A stretch of DNA of 63,912 nt, the filler included, from Cercozoa sp. M6MM (Eukaryota; Protista; Endomyxa: Ascetosporea), in NCBI GenBank assembly GCA_040357565.1. It is 14 parts of 14 records of this genome, joined end to end, with 100 filler letters (N's around TTAATTAATTAA, not from the genome) between each part and the next. Parts side by side here need not be neighbours in the genome. Positions count along the whole stretch, not along the records: positions 26,020 to 27,659 come from JBDODJ010001967.1; positions 27,760 to 29,409 come from JBDODJ010001963.1; positions 29,510 to 32,923 come from JBDODJ010001474.1; positions 33,024 to 38,889 come from JBDODJ010000833.1; positions 38,990 to 42,085 come from JBDODJ010001610.1; 9 more parts are not named here. The stretch is one strand, 5' to 3'. Numbering within the stretch: position 1 is the stretch's first letter; each line of letters opens with the position of its first letter. Of the stretch, positions 26,020 through 39,005 are shown piece by piece. The position numbers and the translations under genes were made by a program. The notes under the pieces were generated by a model. The model did not search any database. It had not been told where the DNA came from and worked only from the letters and a program-made list of their open reading frames with translations.

Positions 26020-27659
26020 GGGGGGGGGGGGTAAACAGGGGGGTAAGAAGGGGGCAAACAGGGGGGCAAACAGGGGGGTAAGAAGGAGGGCAAACAGGGG
26101 GGGGTAAGGGGGTACCCGCCAGCAAGCTTGCCCTTGCGCACCTGCCGCTCGATTCCGAAAGCCCATCGCAGGTACTCCTGAGGGAGGGGGTAGGGGTAGG
26201 GGTAAGGGGGAGGGGATATAAGGGAGGGGGTAAGGGTAGGGGGAGGGAGGGGGTAAGGGTAGGGGTAGGGAGGGGGTAAGGGTAGGGGTAGGGGTAGGGT
26301 AGGGAGCAAGCGGGGCTACCTGCTGGTACTGGTAGGGCGCGATGCCATCGGCCAGTTTGAACAAGTCGTCCTCCTTGTCCGCCTCGTCGTCGTCGTCGTC
26401 GTCGTCGTCCTGCATGGCACCGCGCTCCTTCAGCAGCACCTTGCTCTTCAGCTTGCTACGAGGGAGGAGAGGGGGGTAAATAGGGGGGTAAATAGGGGGG
26501 GTAAACAGGGGGGTAAACACACCTCAACTTGGCCAGCAACTTATCGAACTCTTTCTTCTCCGTCGTTGCCTTAACAAAATAACACACCGGTCAACGCACC
26601 CTTAACAAATAGCCACACCCCACAGACACACTCCACAGAGACCGTCCATTTGTACCGCCTCGTGCGACTCGACGTGCACCTCCTCGCTCGGCGCCTCCGT
26701 CGACACGGCTGTTCGACAACACACAGACAACGTACACAACAGAAACAACAACAACAACAACAGCAAAACAACAACAACAAAAAACAACAACAACAGAAAC
26801 AACAACAACAACAAAAAACAACAACAAAAAAAAANNNNNNNNNNGGGGGGGGGGGGTAAACAGGGGGGTAAGAAGGGGGCAAACAGGGGGGCAAACAGGG
26901 GGGTAAGAAGGAGGGCAAACAGGGGGGGGTAAGGGGGTACCCGCCAGCAAGCTTGCCCTTGCGCACCTGCCGCTCGATTCCGAAAGCCCATCGCAGGTAC
27001 TCCTGAGGGAGGGGGTAGGGGTAGGGGTAAGGGGGAGGGGATATAAGGGAGGGGGTAAGGGTAGGGGGAGGGAGGGGGTAAGGGTAGGGGTAGGGAGGGG
27101 GTAAGGGTAGGGGTAGGGGTAGGGTAGGGAGCAAGCGGGGCTACCTGCTGGTACTGGTAGGGCGCGATGCCATCGGCCAGTTTGAACAAGTCGTCCTCCT
27201 TGTCCGCCTCGTCGTCGTCGTCGTCGTCGTCGTCCTGCATGGCACCGCGCTCCTTCAGCAGCACCTTGCTCTTCAGCTTGCTACGAGGGAGGAGAGGGGG
27301 GTAAATAGGGGGGTAAATAGGGGGGGTAAACAGGGGGGTAAACACACCTCAACTTGGCCAGCAACTTATCGAACTCTTTCTTCTCCGTCGTTGCCTTAAC
27401 AAAATAACACACCGGTCAACGCACCCTTAACAAATAGCCACACCCCACAGACACACTCCACAGAGACCGTCCATTTGTACCGCCTCGTGCGACTCGACGT
27501 GCACCTCCTCGCTCGGCGCCTCCGTCGACACGGCTGTTCGACAACACACAGACAACGTACACAACAGAAACAACAACAACAACAACAGCAAAACAACAAC
27601 AACAAAAAACAACAACAACAGAAACAACAACAACAACAAAAAACAACAACAAAAAAAAA
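26020..27659. repeat. Apparently exact direct duplication (26020-26834 / 26845-27659) across a 10-N gap
   Basis: The two copies look base-identical at an offset of 825 nt; probably a scaffolding artefact. Confidence 0.9.
26113..26710 (-). CDS. Internal exons of an unidentified gene (also present as a copy at +825)
   Basis: ATTEKKEFDKLLAKLSKLKSKVLLKERGAMQD(8)EADKEDDLFKLADGIAPYQYQQEYLRWAFGIERQ, joined by GT-AG introns. Confidence 0.6.
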
Positions 27660-27759
27660 NNNNNNNNNNNNNNNNNNNNNNNNNNNNNNNNNNNNNNNNN
27701 NNNTTAATTAATTAANNNNNNNNNNNNNNNNNNNNNNNNNNNNNNNNNNNNNNNNNNNN

Positions 27760-29367
27760 CCCGACAGGGCATGACGAAGGAGGCGTTCGGCGAGTCGCTG
27801 CAGCTGCGTGGCGTGCGCGAGGTGTGCCACGTGGTGCTGCGCGGCGACTCGGCGCACGTGCCGTCGGACACGCGACTGGTGCGCCCAACGCTGCTGCTGC
27901 CGCTGGTGTCTATACCCCCTGCCCCCTCTTACCCCTTACCCCTTTACCCCTTTGCCCTTTAACCCCTTTACCCCTTTACCCCCTGACCCACCCCGGGATG
28001 CAGGCGCTGCTGAAGCAGCACCGCGCCGAGCTGAAACTGCAGGCGGCGGCGGCGGCGCGACGTGTGCTGCGTGTGCGTTTTNNNNNNNNNNNNNNNNNNN
28101 NNNNNNNNNNNNNNNNNNNNNNNNNNNNNNNNNNNNNNNNNNNNNNNNNNNNNNNNNNNNNNNNNNNNNNNNNNNNNNNNNCCCCCCCCCCCTCCCTTGA
28201 TCAGACGATCGAGCGGTCGCACCGACTGGAGCAGTCGCGGCAGGCCAAGGCGCAGAAGAAGAAGGCGGCAGCAGTGTCTGATCGTTCGAGTGATCGGACT
28301 GATCGATCGGATGATCAGAGTGATCGATCAGATGATCAGGACGGTGATCGGGACGATGATCAGACTGCCGATCACACCGACAACACCGACGACAGTGAGA
28401 GCGACAGCGAGGACGCGCTGGAGCAACTGGTGCGACGCCGCACGCGGCACCGCGCGGCCGCGCGGACACCTTCCGCTTCCGCGCGCAGGCCTTCCGCGCG
28501 GACGGCGCCGGCGGCAGCGGCGGCACGAGGCGGCGCGCGCAGTCACAGTGGCACGCGCAGGAAAAACGCCGCCGCCGTGCGCGAGGTTTTAGCCCCCCCC
28601 CCCCACACCCCTTACCCTCCTACCTCCCTTACCCCCTACCCGTATTTTACCCATTTTACCCCCCCCCCCCCCCCGGACATCACCCGATGCTGGACGAGGC
28701 GGTGGCGCAGAGCGAGAACCGAAAGGCGCTGGTGCGCACGTTCGCGCGGCAGTGGCCGCAGGTGCTGGTCGAGGTGCTGCGACGGCGGCGTGTCTGGGTA
28801 GTCCCCCTCCCCTACCCTTTCTTATCCCCCCTCTGTACCCCTGTGTGTGTGCGCAGGACGAGAGTGTGCGACTCGTGTGTCAAGCCGTTGCGGGCGACGA
28901 CTGCTACGGTCTGCGGGTAGACTCGTGTCTTTACCCCCCTCTCCCCTTTACCCCCCCTCNNNNNNNNNNNNNNNNNNNNNNNNNNNNNNNNNNNNNNNNN
29001 NNNNNNNNNNNNNNNNNNNNNNNNNNNNNNNNNNNNNNNNNNNNNNNNNNNNNNNNNNNGCAGGCAAGAAGGAGGAGAAGGAAGCCCCGCTGTCGGCGGA
29101 GCAGCAACTGGCGCTCGCCGTGGTGCTGCTGGGCGACCGCGCGGACTACGTCGACGCCGCCGAAAACAACAACAACAACAACAACAACAGCAGCAGTGGC
29201 GGCGGACCCTTTGTGCCCTTCGCCAAGGCACTCGCCTTTGTGCAGCGCGTGCTGGCCTTCCCCGCGGACGGTGGCAACAACAACAGCAGTCAGAGAAACA
29301 GCAACGGCAGTCAAAAAAACAACAACCAAAACAACAACTGCGGCAACCTGGCGCGTCTGCTGCGATG
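27760..29367 (+). CDS. Internal exons of an unidentified low-complexity protein
   Basis: GC-rich exons (KEAFGESLQLRGVREVCHVVL..., AQSENRKALVRTFARQWPQ..., EQQLALAVVLLGDRADYV) separated by C-rich introns and gaps. Confidence 0.55.
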
Positions 29368-29509
29368 TACTTTGTTTTGTATTTGATTTTTTTGTCTTTG
29401 TATTTGCTGNNNNNNNNNNNNNNNNNNNNNNNNNNNNNNNNNNNNNNNNNNNNTTAATTAATTAANNNNNNNNNNNNNNNNNNNNNNNNNNNNNNNNNNN
29501 NNNNNNNNN

Positions 29510-29548
<39 letters not shown>

Positions 29549-29635
29549 ACACACAGCACAGACAGCACAGCACAGCACAGCACAGCACAGCACAGCACAG
29601 CACAGCACAGCACAGCACAAGGACAGACTGGGGTA

Positions 29636-31666
<2,031 letters not shown>

Positions 31667-32634
31667 ACGGTACACAGAAAAGGAAAACTGATAACGATAT
31701 ACGGTAATAGAGGCGGTTGCGATCTCACGGCGAATCTCTTTACTGCCGTACTTGCCGGGTTTGAAGTTGAACTACAACACGGGAAAATCTATCTACACCC
31801 TGAGCTTTCGAAGATATAAACTACCAACGCATGCTGCGTCAGCACGAAATGACGTGTTTGATCCTTGCCACGCTTGTTGGTTTTCACCACCTGTGTGGAT
31901 GCTCAAATTAACTTAAAGTAAATTACTGGTCTGTACAATTAAAATTACCTCGTCAGAAAAGAGAACGCGTTCCATTTCGCCGCCCTTTCGCGCACGGTCC
32001 GCAAACTAAAACACGTTTTCTTTGGGCACAGCAGAAGACAAATGCGTCAGAAAATAGTACCATCGCGAGCAGTTTCTTATGATCTTTCAAGTGAAGGAAA
32101 TCTGCAGTTGTACAGAAAAATCACCAGTTACAGTAAATGCCACTTCTGTTCTCTACAGAATACCGTTGGGGTTGTCGTGTGGTCGGAGCGCCTGAAGGAC
32201 GCGCGTGCTGCTAGAGTCTCGCGGGCTTGGCATCTCGCGTGCAGAGGACTGAGTCGCCCGACCAGCGTCGATCGCCCCAAGTTTTTTTTTAGATCACAGG
32301 GTGTGCACGCGGCAAGGCATATGGTGCAACGTGTTGCTGCAGCGTCACTCACGCAAGTCGTCAGTTCTGCCTCTAAAAAGAGCTCTCTGGACCGCTTCTT
32401 TTCGAGGATCACAAAAGACCACTGGGCACCATAATGACCAAAAAACGGAGCGCTGGCAGTAAAAACTGCACTGGGCTAGACAGCCAACAGTTGGAACCTA
32501 GAACGTGCAGAACTACTTTTTAGTGCGTGGTTATCGCCTAGAGCCTGGTTAACCGACTGTAGTTCTCGGCTGGCTCGGCAAACACTGCAGATCAGTAGTG
32601 TGGTGTCGTTCTCTCGAGTGCCTGGGAGGCCAGC

Positions 32635-32877
32635 ATGACCTGGCAGGACTGTCCGGGCCACGCTGTGGTACTTTGCTCTTTCATGAGCATCTGCATGCAT
32701 CATTTGTGTCCTTAAAAACAAAATTCAGGTGAGGCACAAATTCACTGCTTCAGAATCAGGACAGCTGCCTTTGAGAAAGGGTACGTATACGCATATGCAA
32801 GTGCTGCGAGGGCTATGGTTGGATGTATGCGCTGCTGTAGGTGAGCGCGTTCGCGTGTTACAAAGCGCCAATGGCTG
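32635..32877 (+). CDS. N-terminal SH3-domain protein, DOCK1-5-like start (3' partial)
   Basis: Spliced MTWQDCPGHAV|VRHKFTASESGQLPLRK|GERVRVLQSANGW. An SH3 starting right after M-x-W resembles DOCK-A/B GEFs, but the DOCK assignment is inference. Confidence 0.6.
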
Positions 32878-32923
<46 letters not shown>

Positions 32924-33061
32924 NNNNNNNNNNNNNNNNNNNNNNNNNNNNNNNNNNNNNNNNNNNNTTAATTAATTAANNNNNNNNNNNNNNNNNNNNN
33001 NNNNNNNNNNNNNNNNNNNNNNNCGGGGAGGGGGGGGTGAACAGGGGGTAAATACAAAAGT

Positions 33062-34329
33062 ACCCAAACGAACAGAGCAACCGCGAGAGCCGACACCTAC
33101 GGGGAGAGTTTATGGAGTAGAAGAGGGAGCAAGGAGTGAAAGGAGCAAAAAAGAGGGTATAAGAGGAGTAAACCTGCGGCAGCGTCTCTTCGGCAGCCTC
33201 GGTCAAGTCGCGCTGAAGCTCCTCCTGGAAGGGTTCGATCACGTCGAGACGCAGGTCGCCCCAGTCCTACAAGAAGAGAAGTTGAACAAGGGTCGACGAG
33301 GGGGAATAAAAAGGGACACAACACACCTGCGTGCCCTGTGCGAACTGCGTAAAGTACAGCAGGAACTGCGACATGCTCGGCACGTAGCGGAAGTCCTGCA
33401 TCACTGCCTGTCCCCAAAGAGAAAAATACCTCTATAGTTTATACATAGCTATCCAGATATATTGATAGAATACCAGCTCAATGCTATCGACACGCTTGTG
33501 CACTTTCTTCCGCTCGTCGTTTGCAAAGATGAACTGCTCGTTCAGTTGTACTGAAAATAGAAAAACACAACAAACTGAAGGAGTCAAAACAATACGGCGG
33601 CCGAAACGTTGGGAGAAACGCCCTTGCTGTCGAACTGAGCTTGCAGTTCGTCCAGCTGTTCGAACATCACGTCGATCGCTGTGTGTCGCTTCCGAACCTC
33701 GGCTTGCTTGCGTGCCACCACCTCTTGACTCTGGAGGGAAAGCATCCGATCAGCCCTCGGATTTTGCAATAACGAAACCAAGGGTGCCCACCTGTGATTC
33801 CAACGTGGCATTGCTAACGTTGTTGCGATTAACTACAGCGCACGGCACTAACTTGATTGAAACCAACACATCAAAAAGCAGTACGTGAGACTTCGTAGAG
33901 CTCGCCATGCGTGAGTGCCAACTCGCGAAAAATCAACTAAATTTACAGTATTCACAAGCGAAAAATACTTCAACTCGGCAAGAAATTCGTCGACCTGGTA
34001 CACTGCAGCGTATGGTAGTTTACCGTTCGTTCCGTGTAAACGTCGGAAGAGATTCGCATCACGCCAATGGCAAGGTCGCAGTGTGAAACCATGATCGTTT
34101 GAGCTTTGGCGAGGTACACCACCGAGGCAATCACCAACGAAAGCGTGCCGAGTGCAAAGGTCAGCCATGTCAACTTGTTCAAGGTCTATGTGGTGTAACA
34201 ACACATCTGTTATTTAAAAAGGTGGCACAACTGGACAACCAACAAGAACAACACAGGAATAAAATTAATCAGTGCAGAACCGCCGCAGCTTCAACACGCG
34301 CATCTAGTTTACGCAGTGAGTATCCCATG
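33062..34329 (-). CDS. Hypothetical membrane protein with coiled-coil (3' partial)
   Basis: Exons such as LTWLTFALGTLSLVIASVV, AIDVMFEQLDELQAQFD and DWGDLRLDVIEPFQEELQRDL...VSALAVALFVW; the 5' structure is unresolved. Confidence 0.45.
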
Positions 34330-34629
34330 TCTGTTGGGCGGCTCTCTCGGGTGCGAGACACCTGCAGAACCGCCGTCGCCCAGCGACAAAAGGAAAAGAC
34401 GGTTATCCAGACCAGTCCAGTCGTTCGTGCCGTTTTGACGACAGCGATCAGCTTTCAGCCGAGATCGATCAATGGGGACTGGTCGCTCTAAATCACCACT
34501 TGCAAGTTCAGTTGCACGTTCTCCCCGCGTTCTTACGAGCGCTCGTTGCTGTTTCCATAGTGCTTGGCAGTTTAAGTTTAGTGCAAACACACATACACGC
34601 ATTTACATCGAGTTTGGCACACAGAGAAG

Positions 34630-35788
34630 ATGAAACTCCTCTTGGCTAGTGCACTGGTCGCTTCCGCCGTGGCTGCTTCGTGCTCGTCGCACTCGGTAAA
34701 GCTACACTTCCCAGCTTGCTCTGGCCTTTTGCATCGACCCCCGGCTCTGAATGACCCCCGGGTCTGAATGTAAACTTACTCTGGTCCTGGCAGATTGCCT
34801 ACATTCCAAGCGTGAGCGAAGTTACGGTCCGATACGGCTTGATCGGCTGCGTGCAAGACATTGGTGGCGGCTCTCAGGTATATTAGTTAATGAAAAGAAT
34901 GTCATGTGGCGACTCGGCCTCCCTGTAGGAGTGCGCCGGCGCCATCTACCTGCAAGGCTCGAGCCCAGTGCTGTCGTGCTTTGATGTGACGAGCACATCG
35001 TGCCCGTCCTCCAAGGCTGACGTCGCCAACTACCCCAACGCCTACATTCCGGCGCGCACCAAGATCATCCATGCTGTTTGGTAACACACCCAACAGGGCA
35101 CAGTTCCGTACACACATAATTTATCTATAGCGGCAAGCGAACAGCCCTCGCTCCAGCTTTGTCGAACACGTGTCAGCCCATGGACACAAACATGGCCGGC
35201 TACGACAGCCCGGTCGGTGGAATCACGTACAGCGGCGTTCCGACCAGCGGCGACTTCATGTGGGACTGCCTCGCTCACTGTGCCTCACGCTTCTCCATCG
35301 ACACCTACGAAGTCGCGCGCGGTCATGTGCACGTAAGTTTGTTAACCTCATTCCTGTATTTACAGCACCTGTCAATGTACTGTATTACCGTGCAAACAGG
35401 TGAGCAGCGACATTGGCTCCTCTAGCGTCTATTGTCAGTGCACCACTGTCGCGGTACCCGCAGCTATATGCATGAACAAAGTACATCAAAAACTAAATGG
35501 TGCTCGGGCAGGACACCAACAACAACCAGGTGTCGGGAAGTTGCTCTCCGCAGACGGTATTCTTTCCTGTGGAACCCATCTATTTCAACGCTGACAGTGT
35601 GTTTGGCTTTATGGCAGTGTCCGATCGCATCGGGCCAGTACTACTCGCCGCAGTGCGGCAACGGTAAAATCTACTCAAACATGGCGTTAAAATCTCACCT
35701 GTTTGAGGCAGGTCTGGGTGCCTTCCCGTGGACGCAGAACCACCGCGACTCGGTCATCTATGTCAACAGCATGGCCATCGTGTCTTAA
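34630..35788 (+). CDS. Secreted cysteine-rich protein, WSC-like
   Basis: Signal peptide MKLLLASALVASAVAA; YGLIGCVQD...CLAHC...YCQC...CSPQTCP...QCG...VIY. Confidence 0.7.
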
Positions 35789-36985
35789 GCGACCAGTCGA
35801 CGGATTGAGTCAGTCGACTGCAATGACGGGCTGGACTCGGCTTCCAACTGAACTGAATGGAACAAACCGCACCTTGCGTCCGCTCCAGGCGAAAGCTGCT
35901 TTGCGCTATCTATGTATCATAAATAGGTGGGGATTCAACCGAAACCAACTTGTAAATTTACGTACTGCGCTGACCTACAACGCAACGCAAGTCGGATTAA
36001 CTGAATTTTAGTTGACGTCAGTCTGCCAGCGTGTGACGCCCGAGACTTTGACGCAGAGGCTCGCTGGACGCCAACCAGGACTGAGGCGAGACCAGGACTG
36101 AGACGACTGCTGCAGGGCGAACGTTGACGCCAAGGGAGTCTGCGTGGACGTGGACGTGTAGTGAACGACCTCGTACCCCAATGACGCACGTTTGACGGCT
36201 TCGTGTCGCCAAGCTTAGAAGACCGAACTAACTAGCTATCCGAATTTACTGTAAGACTCATATGTTAGCCAGGCAGATCCTCGTTAAAGTTCACCCCGAA
36301 AGTCTACCCACAAACTTCACCCACAAAGTTCACCCACAAAGTTCACCTCTTCTTGAGGTCATCGCTGAAATCTTCTCTCAGGCCTACAGCCCACTTTAAA
36401 TTTATAACTCCAGCCAGCATCGAGTGTTAATTTTGTGACTCGTTGTAGACATCTTCGTCGACAGATGTCACTTCGGTGGTTTCTGCGATGAAACTTGTCA
36501 CACACTGCGCAGGTCAGTATTAAAAAGCAGCACTCTCATGCAAATCCCAGTCTTGATGGACATAAATTTTAAATACCAAGAGCGATGCCGGCGTACATGT
36601 CCTGCGGTGTGGTACGACGAATGGCATCCTGGTGACCAAGTAACTCGTAAACATGCGTTCATTTGGGGCATGCCGTGCACATGTCGTTGCAGATAAGCCA
36701 AAAATCTCGGAGTCCTTGTCCAGAATGAGTGTTGCGAAGAAGTTGTGCAACTGCGGTTCTTGGACTACACCAAGAACACAGTAAATTTATGAAGTAAATT
36801 ACATTTATCATAAATTTACGTGGTGGAAAACAGATCAACTGAAACTCAATTGTAATTGTAAGTAGTCAAAATAAGTGGAAAGCATGGTACCAACTGAATT
36901 TAAACGGGCCACCTTCGGAGACGAATTTTAAGTTTCATGTCGATTCGGTTTGTTTCTCACTTTCACGTCGGCGAATCCTGATGGA

Positions 36986-37804
36986 TCACAGCCGCATTGC
37001 CGTGAGTTGCTCGCGCAGCTCGGCGGCCTCCTGACGCATCTCTTCCTCGGTGCGTGCTCGAACCTCATGCTTCTTGCTGCCTGCAGAGAGAAACGGAAAC
37101 GGCAACATAATAATATTCAATTTACTAGCTTGAACGTATAGAAGGTGTGTTGTGTATACCCTGGCCGGCATCCGGGTCGACGAGGAACTTGGTGTTGTCC
37201 TCGATCTCGTCTGCACAACACGAGCAAAACTGAAACGATAAAACTGGTTTGGATCAAAACTGATCGCACCGTAGATGTCGTCGTTGCGCTCGAAATCGCC
37301 CTCGAAACGCGGCAGCAGATGAATGTGCACGTGCTCGACGGTCTGTCCGGCCGCCTTGCCGTCTTGAATGGCTAAAAGTACACAATTGCATCAGTTGGTA
37401 TTCGCCTCGACTGGAAAATACAAAAAAAGTGTGCCATTTTACAGAAGGTAAAAGCTTCGGTTCCACGGATCTTCTCGATCAGTCGAGCCATGCGACGCGC
37501 GAGTTGCCACATGTCAGCGCTGTTTTAGTTCGAGACACACCCTTAAGTAATACTGACAGTATCTTGGTTGTACTAGTGTTACGGTACAGTTCCTCGTCGG
37601 TCAGCTGGGTGACACGTGCCACCCTGCGTTTTGAGATGATGAGCAGGTGGTTTGGCAGCACTGGCTGCGCACGTGTAGAAATACAAAAAACACGAGGAGC
37701 AACATAAGGCACAAAACCTTGAGATTGACGGCACAGTACGACAGTGGTGACTGCGCCACAGTCTTCTCCAAGGCGACGCTCCAGCGACCGAACGGCAGCG
37801 ACAT
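36986..37804 (-). CDS. FHIT: Bis(5'-adenosyl)-triphosphatase (HIT family)
   Basis: Motifs [55 protein letters not shown]. Confidence 0.95.
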
Positions 37805-38082
37805 CCCAAGGTAAATTAACTTTTTGGCACCTTGTACAAAAACTAGCGATTCGAACTCAACTTCGAGTTTTAACAACTCCAACGTTAGGAATCTTGTCCT
37901 AGCCCGGTAAAGCAAACCACCAGGTTTGTTTGAGTGTGCGATATTTGTAGCCACAATCGGAAAAGTAGTATAAATGAGTGCCAAAACGAGTACTTGAGGA
38001 CAATTCTTACGTTCATCGGTGTCTTTTGTGTATGCGCACAGGCCTGAAGACTGTAAATCGGGTGCTTCAATCGTATAGGAGA

Positions 38083-38855
38083 ATGAATTCGAACAATTGG
38101 CGCATCGACAGTCGTCCGCGCGGAGCGGGTGACCTGCCCGTGTGGAAACAGTTCGCGCGGAGGGGCGGAGGTCGCGGCGGCGGTCGAGGACGCGGCAGAC
38201 GTGGTGGTGGTGGCTACCGTTCCTACCGAGAGGGCGAGCGTCCGCGCGGACGCGGTCGGCGACGTCGCAACCGCGAGGAAGTGCCGGCTCCGGAGCGCCT
38301 GAGCAGTTTCAACTCGGTTTTTTCTGACTCGCAAGTGCAGGTAGTCATCGCCCACTTTACCTCTCTTAAAACCCCTCTTTTACCCCCCCCCCCCGCCCCC
38401 CTGCATAGGCAGTAACGACGGCAGCGCAGCAGTGGCGCGTGCATGTGCAGCAGGAACAACAAGTCGAACTGCAGGCCGTGCAGCAGCGGTGGTACCACAA
38501 GTTTCTTCCCCTACCTTCCTTGCCCACCCTCTTTACCCCTACCTTCCTTACCCCCTATCCCTTACTCCCTACCCTTCTTACCCTCTACCTTCCTTTCCCC
38601 ACCGTTGGTAGGAAGCGGTCGAAGGAGTCGTTGATTCGCAGCGGTCACTGCTTGGACCAGATGAGTGCGCGCAGGTATTTACCCACTCCTTTACTTCCTG
38701 TACCCCTTTACCTCCCGTACCCCTTACCTCCCGTACCCCTTTACCTCCCGTACCCTCTTTACTTCCCCTGACTCCCTACTCTCTTTGATAGGAACGGCTA
38801 CCACTTTGGCATGCGCAAGTTGCGTTTCTTGCTGAACATGCCAGGCGTCCGACCG
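38083..38855 (+). CDS. RGG-rich N-terminus of a probable IGHMBP2/UPF1-like helicase (3' partial)
   Basis: An RGG box followed by VQQEQQVELQAVQQRW..SKESLIRSGHCLDQM..G..FG, resembling the N-terminal helices of SMUBP-2-type helicases. No helicase motif is reached before the contig ends. Confidence 0.45.
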
Positions 38856-39005
38856 GTACATTTGTGCTCGCGGGGGGGGGGGGGGGGGGNNNNNNNNNNN
38901 NNNNNNNNNNNNNNNNNNNNNNNNNNNNNNNNNTTAATTAATTAANNNNNNNNNNNNNNNNNNNNNNNNNNNNNNNNNNNNNNNNNNNNCCCCCCCCCCC
39001 CGTAG

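Noticed and set aside
26020-27659. 825-nt tandem exon duplication
   Set aside because: The copies look identical, including hypervariable repeats, and are joined by a 10-N gap. This is most likely a scaffolder artefact; read depth or long reads would decide.
28588-28698. Possible non-AG acceptor before ATGCTGGAC
   Set aside because: In-phase AG acceptors exist a few codons downstream (GACGAG, GCGCAG), so no non-canonical site is required.
33097-33410. MLO-family resemblance (LYFTQF...DW.DLR..I)
   Set aside because: The similarity is short and the expected seven-TM layout could not be reconstructed; it needs an HMM search.
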